DNA from: Octopus vulgaris
Lineage: Eukaryota
NCBI GenBank assembly: GCA_951406725.2
Contig: OX597816.1
Span: 169,694,001 to 169,758,000, forward strand
DNA length: 64,000 nucleotides
Direction of reading: 5' to 3'
Position 1 is the stretch's first letter; every line of letters begins with the position of its first letter. Below, piece by piece: positions 1 through 13,699 of this stretch. A program made the translations under genes and the position numbers. Under the pieces are notes generated by a model that was not told the DNA's origin, made no database searches, and saw nothing but the letters and a program-made list of their open reading frames with translations.

Positions 1-965
1 ATTATAATTCCTAATGTTTTTCAAGAGGTCCATGCGCCTTGGTGTGTTTCCCAAAAGTGATGGCTTCAAAGTATCTAGGCGGTGCACCAAACGTCGGTAA
101 AACAACCGTTCCTCCATCACAACACACACTGGTGGTTTCTCTTTCCCATTTCTTTCCTTTACAAAATCCTCCCGCAACTCAACTTGATCGTCTGCTGCTG
201 GAGAGGCCCGACCAGGTAAAGGACCTGGGTATCTTGGTGGATTCCTCCTTTTCGCCTTCGGCCCAGTGCGTCCATGCTGCCAACAAAGCACGCGGAGTTC
301 TGTTCTTGATTCGACGGTCATTCGGAATGCTCACAGTAGCCATATTCCTACCGTTCTATATCACGCTGGTGAGACCCATATTGGAGTACGGGATTCAAGC
401 CTCTTCTCCTTATCTCCTCAAAGACATACAGCATCTCGAAAGAGTCCAGAAGCTGACTACCTGCATGGTTCTTGGTCTCAAGAATTTGTCTTATGAAGAA
501 AGGCTGAAGCCCCAATATCGATCAATTTCTCTTGTTTTTGGTTCATAGCTGAAAGCTGATCTTTTCCATGTTCCCTTAAAAGGCGTAACTCATTTGTCAA
601 ACATATTCAGCCTATATTGATCAAGACTCTTACGTCTTTCCTCCGAGGAGAGGCGAAGTCTTGCAGCAACTGTTTGCTCCAGGTTTTTTCCTTTGTCTCA
701 TCTTTCGCTGACCTTTGGTCTCATTGGTAACTATGGTAGCTTGTCTTTGTCTTGTATCCTTTAAACGGTTTTCCTTTTTGACTCTTGGTTCCTGCAGATT
801 GCATTTTGCTGACGTAATTGTCTCAACCGGTTTTCTCATACTTCTTGTGACTCATTGGCCCTGCGTGCAGCAGCTCCTTTTAGGTCGTTTTCATGTCTTT
901 GCTGTCGTTGTGCAGGGGTCTCTAGTGATCTTACTCTGGCTACCTGAACTTGTATTTCCTTCACT
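1..965 (-). mobile_element. Autonomous Helitron Rep/Hel N-terminal fossil (STPR-like repeats plus Zn-finger), interrupted by a CR1 fragment and running off the window start
   Basis: Manual minus-strand translation gives 23-aa repeats (ETPAQRQQRHENDLKGAAARRAN / ESQEV*ENRLRQLRQQNAICRNQ), then SAFSYEPK, and below the CR1 insert FCKGKKWERETTSVCCDGGTVVLP...LLGNTPRRMDLLKNIRNYN. This fits the Helitron C..C..KW..E...CC..G.V.LP...NIR.YN motif. Stops and frameshifts are present. Confidence 0.75.
167..509 (+). mobile_element. CR1-clade LINE RT C-terminal fragment
   Basis: Encodes VKDLGILVDSSFSPSAQCVHAANKARGVL...LVRPILEYG...LERVQK...LSYEERLK. Nearly identical to 8325-8680. Confidence 0.85.
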
Positions 966-1139
966 GTAGGATACTGATCACCTACATCTACTTAGTCTTC
1001 TCTTGTAGAAATTGAGAACATTTTTCTCGGAAACATTTTGGAAAATTAAAATAGGGGATTAAATGAAGAAATGCGTGAAAGTTACGGGAATATCTTCACA
1101 AGAGTGATTGAAATAAATTGGGATAGTGGAACACCGCAC

Positions 1140-1140
1140 G

Positions 1141-1221
<81 letters not shown>

Positions 1222-1244
1222 ACACACGCACACACACATACACA

Positions 1245-1300
<56 letters not shown>
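1140..1300. repeat. (CA)n microsatellite
   Basis: Direct reading. Confidence 0.95.
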
Positions 1301-1301
<1 letters not shown>

Positions 1302-1391
1302 TTAGTATCAAACATTAGCGTCTCTTTCTCTCCCGCTTTGCCGCTCACTTTGTGTTGGCTTTTTTTCACCTTCACATATAAAACATCAGCA

Positions 1392-1433
<42 letters not shown>

Positions 1434-1601
1434 CACTATCCCTCTCTCTCTCTTTCAACTTTTCCTACAGAAACTTGTTTCTTTCTGTCTGTTTCTTTCT
1501 TTGTTCTCTCTCTGCCTTTTTTCTTATTCTTTGTTTCTCTCGCTAACACATATTTTTTTCTCACCCTCTGTTATAGTTTCTCTCTTTTAGTCTATTCTGT
1601 T

Positions 1602-1650
<49 letters not shown>

Positions 1651-1858
1651 CTAACTCACTCACACACTTACACTACTTACATTTCTCTCTTTACCGACAA
1701 ACGTCGTGACGAATGAGGGGATGCAGGAGGAGGAGAAGTAAAGAGCCACTTCCTCACTTTGCTTCTCTGTTTCTTTCTCTCCCCTCTCACTCCCTCATTG
1801 GCATCATGCTCAGGCATACAAATATACAGGCATCTGCTAATATATAAATATATATATA

Positions 1859-2253
1859 CTAGCAGTATCGCCCGGCGTTGCTCGGGTTTGTAAGGGAAAT
1901 AACTATATAAGCATTTTTAGAGTTGTAAAGTATAATAGCCATCTCAATATGGTTAACCACAAGGGGGGGGGTATTACTGTAGCTTTTTACGTTCTGAGAT
2001 TTAATAATAAATTTTTAGAGAGTTACTTCCCTTATATATGCCAAAAATGCATTAAAATGGGAAAAATTGATGGTAAATTTTTTTTTAAATCGTAGGCTCA
2101 TCGTAGACGCGCGCTAATACCCAGAAGGGCTCGAATGAATCACGACTATAAGATACCCGGTTTTGGTTAAACTGCACCGCAAAATGTGGGAGTAGTTAGG
2201 AATCTAAATCGTAGGAGACAGACGGCACACAACCTCACTTTTATATATAAAGA
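1859..2253 (-). mobile_element. Non-autonomous Helitron (~395 bp)
   Basis: Minus strand starts A|TCTTTATATATAAAAG and ends CCCGAGCAACGCCGGG (hairpin) CGATACTG-CTAG|T. No TSD. Three more copies lie at 38.5-40.8 kb. Confidence 0.85.
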
Positions 2254-2747
2254 TATAGATTATCATAGCATTCGAAGAATACAAATGTAATAATGAAATG
2301 GCTCAGAATGAAATGCAGAATAAAGAATGAATCAAAATTGCTTAAATTCCTCCATGAATGCTGAAACTTACCTCAGAAATAACGTGGCGTCGATTCAATC
2401 CAATAAATTCTAAATCCGGCGTATCTCATTTAAAAGGAGACTAAAGGAGCTAAAAGGGAGACTAAGCGAAACAAACAGAAAGGAAAGAGACAACGTAAAA
2501 TTTTCGATAATTGTTTTCTGGTATTTGGCGACGTTAATATATTCTACATATTTCCTGTCATTCTATTTAAAACGATAGTTTTATAATTCCATTTACCCAC
2601 AGCAAACAGATACAACAATTTTTTGTTGCTTCGTATAAACAAAAATATTCCCCATAAAGTAGAATAATTATATTTTGTAAATATCTCTTGAATCTATTTC
2701 GCCTTTCTCCATTTTCATCAGTTGCAAAACATTTTGCCATACATAAA

Positions 2748-2793
<46 letters not shown>

Positions 2794-2830
2794 ACACACA
2801 CACGCACACACACACACACATGCGCACACA

Positions 2831-2888
<58 letters not shown>

Positions 2889-3246
2889 TTATACTCACAC
2901 ATATTCAGCTATCTAATTTTATTTATACATACACATATATGCATGTATATATATATAAGGACATACTTCTTTATGTCCTTAACATGTCCCTGTTACCAAA
3001 GACTGTATATATACATGTAATGTGGCAATTATGTAAATTTTTTTGAATTCATAATATTCTATGTTACTTTTGACAATCTTTTTCCAAAGAGTGGAACCGG
3101 TTAAGTAAATAAACATCTTTTAAATTGCATTTTCAAACCTTCTTTCGTATATAATTCCACTCGTGCGATATCCCACAACTCAACTTTGTTATATATATAT
3201 ATATATATATATACATATACGTATATGCTTACATGTATATACATAC

Positions 3247-3291
<45 letters not shown>

Positions 3292-3499
3292 TAAGCTATA
3301 ATTTTGCTTTGGTAATTATTATTTAGGGTTATGTTTAGATAATATCTTTGGTAAATGATATAATGCCATATCTTTGTCTATCTTCTATCCTATATATGTA
3401 TATATATATATTTATACTCACACATATTCAGCTATCTAATTATATATACATACACATATATGCATGTGTAAATATATATGTACATATATGTATATGCGT

Positions 3500-3695
3500 T
3501 AGCGATTTTTTTTCCTCTATCTTCCCTTCTCTGGATCTTTCCTTTTCCTATGTTTCTGACGTGGAGCTCTTCTCGAAACGTTAAACCCTCCTTCTTCCCT
3601 TCCTTCCTGAGCGTCCAATAATACTATATTTGTTCCACGTCCTCGCACTGTTGTGTTTTCTCTTCGTGTTTTCATGTTTGGATTAAATTTACGCA
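3500..3695 (+). mobile_element. PLE-type terminal-repeat fragment carrying a hammerhead motif, between TA-rich tracts
   Basis: Homologous to 15160-15390. Contains gttt-CTGACGT-g-gag/ctc-GAAA-CG-TT-aaac. Confidence 0.6.
3552..3586 (+). ncRNA. Minimal type I hammerhead motif (A9U variant)
   Basis: Stem I gttt/aaac, core CUGACGU, stem II gag/ctc, GAAA, loopless palindromic stem III (AACGTT). Confidence 0.6.
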
Positions 3696-3700
3696 TATAC

Positions 3701-3748
<48 letters not shown>

Positions 3749-3886
3749 CGGGAAGCTTTATGAAAATAGACAAAAGACGAAGGCAGGTGGAAAACAAACA
3801 AACAATTGTATTAGTATGGCGCTCAGGAAATATAAATAAAACAAGTCTTTAACGTTTCGAGCCTAATATATACATATACGCATATG

Positions 3887-3919
<33 letters not shown>

Positions 3920-4165
3920 TCATAAACTATCATTTTGCTTTGGTAATTATGATTTAGGGTTACGTTTAGATAATATCTTTGGTAAATGATATAATGCCAT
4001 ATCTTAGTCTATCTTCTATCCTTTTATAACATCCCAGACAACAGTTCGTGAAGCCATCTCTTGTTTTGCAGATTTATTTTGATCTCCAGTAAGAAGTAGA
4101 AAGTATTTTGAACTCCACTAGGGAGTTTTAGATCTTCCGAGTACTAGTCTGGTGGTCACCTAATA

Positions 4166-4352
4166 CAGTGCTCGGCAACCCTTTATTCACTTTTGCGGTA
4201 CACATAATATTTTCAAAATTAGGCGGCACACCTGAGCTAAAAATATAACCTAAAGTATAGTGAAAAAAATTATAGTCAGGTTACACTGCACTACATCTAG
4301 CATCGTCTCGTGGCACACCAGTGTGCCGTGGCATACCGGTTGCGGAGCACTC
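4166..4352. mobile_element. hAT-type MITE
   Basis: TIRs cagtgctcggcaacc / ggttgcggagcactc. 8-bp TSD acctaata/atctaata. Confidence 0.75.
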
Positions 4353-4603
4353 ATCTAATATTCGCGTATACTAGCGTATTGTAACCTATGGGATATATAA
4401 GCATACACGCACGCACGCACACACATACACATACATAAACACACAGGCACACACACATAGGCACACACAAACATGTACATATACATTTCGGCAACAATGT
4501 CATTTCTGAGGGGAAGTAACACCCTGAAGGCATTTTGAAACAGCTGCTGATGATGTGATATCTTCCTAGTGTTGTGTGACAGAATTTTTATTTCCTGTCG
4601 CAA

Positions 4604-4604
<1 letters not shown>

Positions 4605-4634
<30 letters not shown>

Positions 4635-4892
4635 TGTATGTATGTATGTATGTATGTATGTATGTATGTATGTATGTATGCATGCATGCATTTATGTATG
4701 TATGTATGTATGTATGTATGTATGTATGTATGTATGTATGTATGTATGCATGTATGTATGTATGTATGCATGCATGCATTTATGTATGTATGTATGTATG
4801 TATGTATGTTTGTTTGTATGTGTGTGTGCATGTATGTATGTTTGTATGTATGAATGTATGCATGTATGTAAGTGTGTATGTATGTATGTATG

Positions 4893-4921
<29 letters not shown>
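4605..4921. repeat. (ATGT)n microsatellite
   Basis: Direct reading. Confidence 0.95.
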
Positions 4922-4923
<2 letters not shown>

Positions 4924-4924
4924 G

Positions 4925-5220
4925 CGAGACAGATGAGTGACAACCTGGCCACTGGTGGTGGTGTAACACACCATAATAATCATATCTGTTGGGCATTTGG
5001 AAGAGAGTGTAATTCGGCAGGAGGACTTAAACGACATGCAAAGTTACATGAAGCCCAGTTACAACTACAGCCGGCAATTACCAGTAAAGGTTTTAGTTGC
5101 CAATTCTGTACAAGACATTGTAGATCTTTAGCTGGGCTAAAATGTCACATTCGATCACAGCACCAATAACAGTTAAGCTTCGTGCAATGGCCATACTCGA
5201 TAACGAGGGGGCAGCCATAA
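4925..5220 (+). mobile_element. RTE-like LINE 3' end inserted in (ATGT)n
   Basis: Two C-terminal C2H2-like fingers (C..FGRECNSAGGLKRHAKLH, degenerate; CQFCTRHCRSLAGLKCHIRSQH*), then a short 3' UTR with a stem-loop (ctcg ataa cgag). Confidence 0.6.
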
Positions 5221-5847
5221 TGTATGTATGTATGTATGTTTGCATGTATACATGTTTGTTCTCTTCTGGTTTTAATTATTTGAAAAACAAATTCTCATTT
5301 TAAACTCGAGAAATGTCTTGCACAATTTTACTTTTCCACTGACAGATCTTATAAGTAATATATGAATTAGCTCGTTGATTCATTTTCCCGACAACCCAAG
5401 CTTTTACAGACTGTCATTTAGGCACCTATTCACAAAACCAAGTGCACCAATTTTTATTGGTATCAGTTTGAATCTATAATCTAGATAAAGAAACTGGAGG
5501 ATTTGAAACAGTTTTCCGGAGTTATCCTGTTTCTCTTTGAATTTTGAACTGATATTCACACAATTTAACATCTATGACTGAACCTACTTTTACTTGTCTG
5601 TCTCAAGCAACAATGTCCGGCCTGTTACTTAACAGTAACTTAACGGCCTGCACACTTAACAGAAATTTCGATGTAAATGTTCTGCTACTTTTCCTTGTAT
5701 AGATGTTTGGGTAATGAATGCTTGTCTGTCTGTCCGTCCGTCTGTCCGTCCGTCTATCTGTATGCATGTATATGTGTATGCACATATACATATATATTTA
5801 TGTATGTTTATGTGTGCCTGCGTGTATAAGTGTTTTAATACCTGTAT

Positions 5848-6232
5848 CTCTTTTACTCTCTTTTACTTGTTTCAGTCATGCAGGAGCATCGCCTTTAGAC
5901 GAGCAAATTGATCCCAGGACTTATTCCTTGTAAGCCTAGTACTTATTCTATCGGTCGCTTTTGCTGAACCGCTAAGTTACGGGGACGTAAACACACCACC
6001 ATCGGTTGTCAAGTGATGGGATAAACACAGACACACAAACATATACACACACACATACATATACATATATACGACAGGCTTCTTTCAGTTTCTTTCTACC
6101 AAATCCACTCACAAGGCTTTGGTCGGCCCGAGGCTATACTAAAAGACACTTGCCCAAGGTGCCACGCAATGGGAATGAACCCGGGACCATGTGTTGGTAA
6201 GCAAGCTACTTACCACACAGCCACTCCTGCAT
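5848..6232 (-). mobile_element. tRNA-derived SINE family A
   Basis: Head gcaggagtggctgtgtggtaagtagcttgc...ggttc (A/B boxes), central microsatellite, tail ...gactgaaacaagtaaaaga. More than 10 copies or fragments in the window. Confidence 0.9.
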
Positions 6233-6737
6233 GTACGTATGTGCTTGTATGTATGTATGTATGCATAATCGTTCAATGATCAAAAATCTTTCTGAATTAT
6301 GTAAATAGACGAGAGAAATAGATATGTTTTCGCATATTTGTTTACGAATTCAAATACAGACGCATACACAAACGCCCATATGCACAAATAAAGCCACATA
6401 CACTTATAAACACATGGATGCTTACACATAAACACACGCACACACATACATATCATTTCATACACAACTAACTCAAAACTATGAGTACACTTAACGCGAA
6501 CAATATAAACTGTACGAAATGATTATAGTTGTGTTGAGATATTTACATTTATTAAAGTCGTATTTACTCAAGTTACATTATTGTAATATAACTCGAGCCA
6601 TCATTGAAATAGATCCATCAATCATTGTTTTTACGTCGACCTCGAATACTAGCTAAACTAAAAGTAAATTTAATTATGTATATCATTATGCCTTTCATTA
6701 TGTCTTTCTCTTTTTGTCTCTCCCTTTTCTCTACGCT

Positions 6738-6803
<66 letters not shown>

Positions 6804-6820
6804 ATATATATGTATATATG

Positions 6821-6851
<31 letters not shown>

Positions 6852-6858
6852 GTATTTA

Positions 6859-6937
<79 letters not shown>

Positions 6938-6940
<3 letters not shown>

Positions 6941-7090
6941 GGAGTAAGCACATAGGTATGAAACAAGGTGGAAAAAAGAGTACTCAAATACCAGAGGTAG
7001 AGTAATATGCTTTATTTAAAAGCTGCAGAAATATAACAAAACCTGTTACTCAGAGTTTCACGTTCCCGTTCGTCGGACAGTTTTGTTAAA
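6938..7090 (-). mobile_element. PLE-type terminal-repeat fragment with hammerhead, abutting (TA)n
   Basis: Reverse-complement homolog of 44803-44938. Confidence 0.65.
7043..7080 (-). ncRNA. Minimal type I hammerhead motif (U4C)
   Basis: Minus strand reads ctgt-CCGACGA-acg(ggaa)cgt-GAAA-ctc(t)gag-TA-acag. Stem I extends with aacaaaa/ttttgtt. GUA cleavage triplet. Confidence 0.7.
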
Positions 7091-7513
7091 ATAGAACAGA
7101 AATAATGATATCAAAACTAGTTAAAGGATACACCTTTAAAAATGGATTTATTTCATTGGTCCTTTCAAATAACGGTCTTAAGCATGCAATGAACAAAATA
7201 AACAGAATAAATGAATTCAGCATAAATTCATCCTATTATAAAAATCGAGGAAAACCTTAAATCAAAGAGCGGATTCAAAATACGTATTGCAAATAATTAT
7301 ATACGAAATATAATTCGATTAATACAATCAATACATTAAAAATAAAAGTTAAAGTTAAAAATTTTCACGCTGCATTACATAAATATTTTACAACAGTATA
7401 TACGCATACTAAACCATCAATATACATATATTCATCAAAATACACAGACTACATACATATGGAGTCATATATATGTAAGACGTAAATATACACAGAAATA
7501 CACATATTCATAT

Positions 7514-7927
7514 ACTCTTTTATTCTCTTACTTGTTTCAGTCATTTGACTGCAGCCATGCTGGAGCACCACCTTTAATCGAGCAACTCGACTCGGGGACT
7601 TATTCTATTGTAAGCCCAGTACTTATTCTATCGATCTCTTTTGCCGAACCGCTAAGTTACGGGGATATAATCACACCAGCATCGGTTGTCAAGCAATGCT
7701 AGTGGGACAAACACAGACACACAAACACACACACGCATATATATATATATATATACATATATACGACGGGCTTCTTTCAGTTTCAGTCTACCAAATCCAC
7801 TCACAAGGCTTTGGTCAGCCCAAGGCTATAGTAGAAGACACTTGCCCAAGGTGCCACGCAGTGGGACTGAACCCAGAACCATGTGGTTGGTAAACAAGGT
7901 ACTTACCACACAGCCACTCCTGCGCCT
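7514..7927 (-). mobile_element. SINE family A
   Basis: Full-length copy with both head and tail. Confidence 0.9.
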
Positions 7928-8260
7928 ATATGTATACATATGTACGCAATCATGTTCGCATGAAAAAATCAGTTGGTGTATACATATAGACGAGAAGTAA
8001 AACGCAGAGAGGGGGAAGGAAAAGAAAGGGGGGGATCTTATATGTATCAGTTAGCGAGAGAAAGAGGTGAGTAAGAGAAGGGGAGAGGCGCGCAAATTTA
8101 AAGGACTCTATACAAGTAACGAATAGGGGGAGAAAAAATACTCTTCCGTAAGGTAGGAAAAGAAAGACAGAAAGAAAGATGGGAGGCTGAATATGTATAA
8201 CGAACGTATACAAAATAAAATTAAGTATACATGTGTATATAAAATTGTATATTAGCAATC

Positions 8261-9070
8261 AGGTCTAACGAATGGGACCTGTGTCTGAACGTGTCAAAGT
8301 GCTGTCATCTGGCTGTTGGCTCTCTCCTCCTGCAACTCAACTTGATTTCTAGCCGGGTCGTCTGCTGCTGGAGAGGCCCGACCAGGTAAAGGACGTGGGT
8401 ATCTTGGTGGATTCCTCATTTTCGCCTTCGGCCCAGTGCGTCCATGCTGCCAACAAAGCACGCGGAGTTCTGTTCTTGATTCGACGGTCATTCGGAATGC
8501 TCACAGCAGCCATATTCCTACCGCTCTATATCACGCTGGTGAGACCCATATTGGAGTACGGGATTCAAGCCTCTTTCCCTTATCTCCTCAAAGACATACA
8601 GCATCTCGAAAGAGTCCAGAAGCTGGCTACCCGCATGGTTCTTGGTCTCAAGAATTTGTCTTATGAAGAAAGGCTGAAGACGCTCGACCTTCATTCTCTA
8701 GAAAAACGCCGCAGCCGTGGTGATCTCATTCTTGTTCACATCATAAGCGGAAAGTATAACCTCTCGAAAGAGCTGTTCTTCACGCCTGCTCCAGAGCGTC
8801 GGCTGCGGGGTCACTCCGAAAAGCTCTATCTGTGACGAATTCATCTCAATCGAAGGAGAGGGGCTTTCTCCATCCGGGTTGCGGATCCGTGGAATAAGCT
8901 GCCGGCCGGGATGGTGAAGATGCCGACGACCGATCGATTCAAAGTCTCCCTTGACCACAAGTGGCCTGAACACTTTACATGAACACCACCCTGTACATAA
9001 CTCCATGTCCCCCTACATGGCCTTGCTTTTTGCTTTTTGAGCCAAAAATTAATTAACTAATTAACTAAAT
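8261..9070 (+). mobile_element. 5'-truncated CR1-clade LINE (RT C-terminus, 3' UTR, (TAAC)-like tail)
   Basis: Encodes WDLCLNVSKC...LVRPILEYG...LHSLEKRRSRGDLI...LRGHSEKL, ending in aattaactaattaactaa. Confidence 0.88.
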
Positions 9071-9279
9071 TAACATATAAGAACGCATATATAAATATAT
9101 GGAAATAAGTACCTAAATACACATCCACACAAATCCAAGTGAATACATGCATACATATACATCCATGTATGTATGTGCACAAGTATAAACATACACGCTT
9201 ACTAACACATATATAAGGAATAGTGGATTCTCTGAGAAAATCCAATATAGCCAACTTAATGCTTGCAATAATGCTACAC

Positions 9280-9974
9280 GTAGAACTAAGACTCTAGGAC
9301 TAGGAAAGTTTTGTGGTTTAACCCAGATTTCAATATGGCCAGATAAACAAATATAGGTAGGGAATTCTTAAAATTAGTCTCTAGACATTTTCAACCTGAC
9401 CATAAGTTTTATAGAATATTTAATAGAAGAACGCTTTAGATCAGCTATAAAAACTTAGCCTCTTTTATTAACCAACATAACAGTAGGATAATTGTTAATA
9501 ATCATAGTGCCGATTCTCCTCTCAAAAATTGTAATTGGGTCCTCCTGTCCGTTGGAAGGAAAATGTCTGGAGAAAGGAATCGTGTATAGAGCCAAGGTGC
9601 CGAATGAAGGCTCAAGCGAATATGGAACATATACATGGGCTTCTGAAAATTCTTTCAAAACCCGATTTTATTCGCATAAAAATTCCTTCAGATACCCCGA
9701 AAATAGGACGAAGACCAGCCAGGCAAAATATGTCTGGAAATTAAAAGAAAAAGAAGCCCGACGTTTCAATGTGTCATGGAGTATTTTGGATAGAGCTGCA
9801 CCTTACAGGCACGGTGCACATAAAAGACCCATCAAATGTGATTTATGCCTGCTAGAAAAATATGTCATTTTATTCCAGGACAAAACCTCTTTAAATCAAA
9901 GACGCGAAATCTTGAATTCCTACAGACACGCAACTGAATTTAGAATGTCGGCTAGCAATATACCATATGGATAG
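9280..9974 (+). mobile_element. Penelope-like element: linker plus C-terminal GIY-YIG endonuclease (decayed)
   Basis: Encodes RTRKVLWFNP...TNIGREFLKLVSRHF...RIFNR, then CPLEGKCLEKGIVYRAKV...FKTRFYSHKNSF...VWKLK...CDLCLLEK...LNQRRE. Confidence 0.8.
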
Positions 9975-10398
9975 AGTATATTTTTGATTCTTGGATTAGT
10001 TTTTAATCACACTGTTGGATTTGTTTCTTATTATACATGATTTATTTCGCATCGCAAAGTTATTGTATATATTTTGACATATTTCTTAAGAAAAACCTTC
10101 GACTGTTATATATACAAAAATTATTTTCTTGTTTCAGATTCTTCTTTTATTTTATTTCATTTTATTGTATTTTATAAACCCACTTTAATCGTTTAATTTA
10201 TAGATAATTCGATATAAGGTGTACTATTTTGCATGTCTGTTATCAGACATGTGTGTGTTTGCTTTTGTATCTGAAAGATGAGTCAAAGGAAAAGAGAAGG
10301 AGAGGAAGAAGGAAGAGAGAAAGAAGAAAAATGTGCTGACATCTTTCCAGCTGGTCCGCTCTTTCAATGGGGAGTGATTCTTGGCTTTTAGAAATGAC

Positions 10399-10449
<51 letters not shown>

Positions 10450-11169
10450 CTACACATATGTATATATACATAAATAAAAATATTCTTACATCCAAATTCT
10501 CCTACCCATATTAGCACAAGAACCAAACATTCGATTGAAAGAACTGAAAAGCGGTATAGATGTCAACACAATTATTTCTTCTTCCTCTCTTCCTCAGATA
10601 CACAGGCACCCACACACATATTCTCTCTCTCTCTCTCTCTCACAAGACAATGATAAAAAGAAATCCAGGCAATTTTTTGAAAAATAACATTTACCCCACC
10701 CACTGAAGTGGCAATCTGGGTTTGTCGTTTGTCATTTCTAAAAGCCAAGAATTATTTTCTATTGAAAGAACTGACCAGCTGCAAAGATGTCAACACATTA
10801 TTTTCTTCTTTCTCTCTTCCTTCTTCCTTTCCTTCTCTTTTCCATTGACACGCCTTTCAGATACAAGAGCACACACACAGACGCACACATACACACATGC
10901 ACTCTCTCTCACTTTCTCCCCATTCCTCACTCTCTTATACTATTTTATATCTCTCCACCTCTACACACTCAATAATACTATAAAAAGAGACAAAATTCAT
11001 GAAAAAGTTCAATCTGACGACTCCACTAGAGTGGACGCAAGCGCAAATATATGATTTATAAAAACATGCGACATATTAATAAATATCTGTAAATATAAAA
11101 CCATCCAGATTTCTGAGTACCTTATTTCTTCTAATATATAATACCTGTACATCATCTCCAAACCTTCTA

Positions 11170-11249
<80 letters not shown>

Positions 11250-11461
11250 AGAGCGTAGAGAAAAAGGGAGAGACAAAAAGAAAAAGACATAATGAAAGAC
11301 ATAATGATATACATAATTAAATTTACTTTTAGTTTAGCTAGTATTCGAGGTCGACGTAAAAACAATGATTGATGGATCTATTTCAATGATGGCTCGAGTT
11401 ATATTACAATAATGTAACTTGAGTAAATACGACTTTAATAAATGTAAATATCTCAACACAA

Positions 11462-11806
11462 CTCTTTTACTTACTCTTTTACTTGTTTCAGTCATTTGAC
11501 TGCGGCCATGCTGGAGCACCGCCTTTAGTCGAGCAAATCGACCCCGGGACTTATTCTTTGTAAGCCCAGTACTTATTCTATCGGTCTCTTTTTGCCGAAC
11601 CGCTAAGTGATGGAGACGTAAACACACCAGCATTGGTTGTCAAGCAATGCTAGGGTGACAAACACAGACACACAAACATATACACACACACTTATATATA
11701 TATATACATATATACGACAGGCTTCTTTCAGTTTCCGTTTACCAAATCCACTCACAAGGCTTTGGTCGGCTCGGGGCTATAGCAGAAGACACTTGCCCAA
11801 GATGCC
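11462..11806 (-). mobile_element. SINE family A, 5'-truncated, inserted into the duplicated segment
   Basis: Absent from the paralogous site near 6525. Short caact duplication at the junctions. Confidence 0.85.
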
Positions 11807-12106
11807 AACTATAATCATTTCGTACAGTTTATATTGTTCGCGTTAAGTGTACTCATAGTTTTGAGTTATTTGTGTATGAAATGATATGTATGTTTGTGCG
11901 TGTGTTTATGTATATGTATCCGTGTGTTTATAAGTGTATGTGGCTTTATTTGTGCATATGGGCGTTTGTGTATGCGTCTGTATTTGAATTCGTAAACAAA
12001 TATGCGAAAACATATCTATTTCTTTCGTCTGTTTACATAATTCAGAAATATTTTGGAACGCTGAACGATTATGCATACATAAAAAAAACATACAAGCACA
12101 CACGTA

Positions 12107-12510
12107 CATGCAGGAGTGGCTGTGTGGTAAGTAGCTTGTTTTCCATCCAAATGGTTCCGGGTTCAGTCCCACTGTGTGGCATCTTGGGCAAGTGTCTTCT
12201 GCTATAGCCTCGGGCCGACCAAAGCCTTGTGAGTGGATTTGGTAGAAAGAAACTGAAAGTAGTCTGTCGTATGTATGTATATGTATTTGTGTGTATATGT
12301 TTGTGTGTCTGTGTTTATCGCGCAACATCGCTTGACAACCGATGCTGGTGAGTTTACGCCCCCGTAACTTAGCGGTTCAGCAAAAGAGACCGATAGAATA
12401 AGTACTAAGCTTACAATGAATAAGTCCTGGGATCAATTTGCCCGACTAAAGGCGATGCTGCATCATGGCCGCAGTCAAAAGACTGAAACAAGTAAAAGAG
12501 AGTAAAAGAG
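12107..12510 (+). mobile_element. SINE family A (paralog of 5848-6232 via inverted duplication)
   Basis: Shares flanks with the 5848 copy. Confidence 0.88.
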
Positions 12511-13161
12511 ATATAGGTATTGAAACACTTATACAATCACGCATACATACATATACATAGATATATATGTATATGTGCATACACATATACATGCATACAG
12601 ATAGACGGACGGACAGACAGACAGACAAGCATTCATTACCCAAACATCTGACATAGAACCAACGTTGAACCCTTTACTCGCAATATTTCCGAATCTGGAA
12701 CTGAAATATGGTCTGTCTATAGCACTTATTCAGAATTACCTGACAGCTTTGGGTCTCAGTGACACTATTATCTCATATATATAGTCTTCCACTCTATCGC
12801 ATGGCCGAGTAAAGCCTTGTGAGTAGATTTGGTGGATAAAAACTGAAAGAAGACCTTCATACATATTATGTCTGTGTACCCACGCACACACACATATATA
12901 CATGTATGTATTTATATGTACATTTATATATGTACATATCTACATGTCTGTTTATGTGTATATATACACGCATACACTATGTGGGTGATAATTTCAACTG
13001 AGGCGTTACAAGCGAATCCCATTCTTTAAGGGCTTCAATTCTGTGTATGTGCATATATATACTAGATGCTGATATTTTCTGATGGTTTTCCTTATTGTGT
13101 TGATGTACCATTTTCTTTCATTAATAAAGCCGTCAGCATTTTTGATGACACGGGTATGTTA

Positions 13162-13684
<523 letters not shown>

Positions 13685-13699
13685 ATATATATAATTCTC

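Noticed and set aside
2690-2724. Minus-strand CTGATGA...GAAA
   Set aside because: The intervening and flanking sequences do not form stems I-III.
4933-5169. C2H2 zinc-finger host gene
   Set aside because: Two fingers followed by a stop and a short stem-loop tail inside a microsatellite fit an RTE LINE 3' end better.
11014-11045. Hammerhead-like CTGACGA-c-tccac(taga)gtgga-c-GCAA
   Set aside because: GAAA and the cleavage triplet are missing and there is no clear stem I; at best a dead relic.
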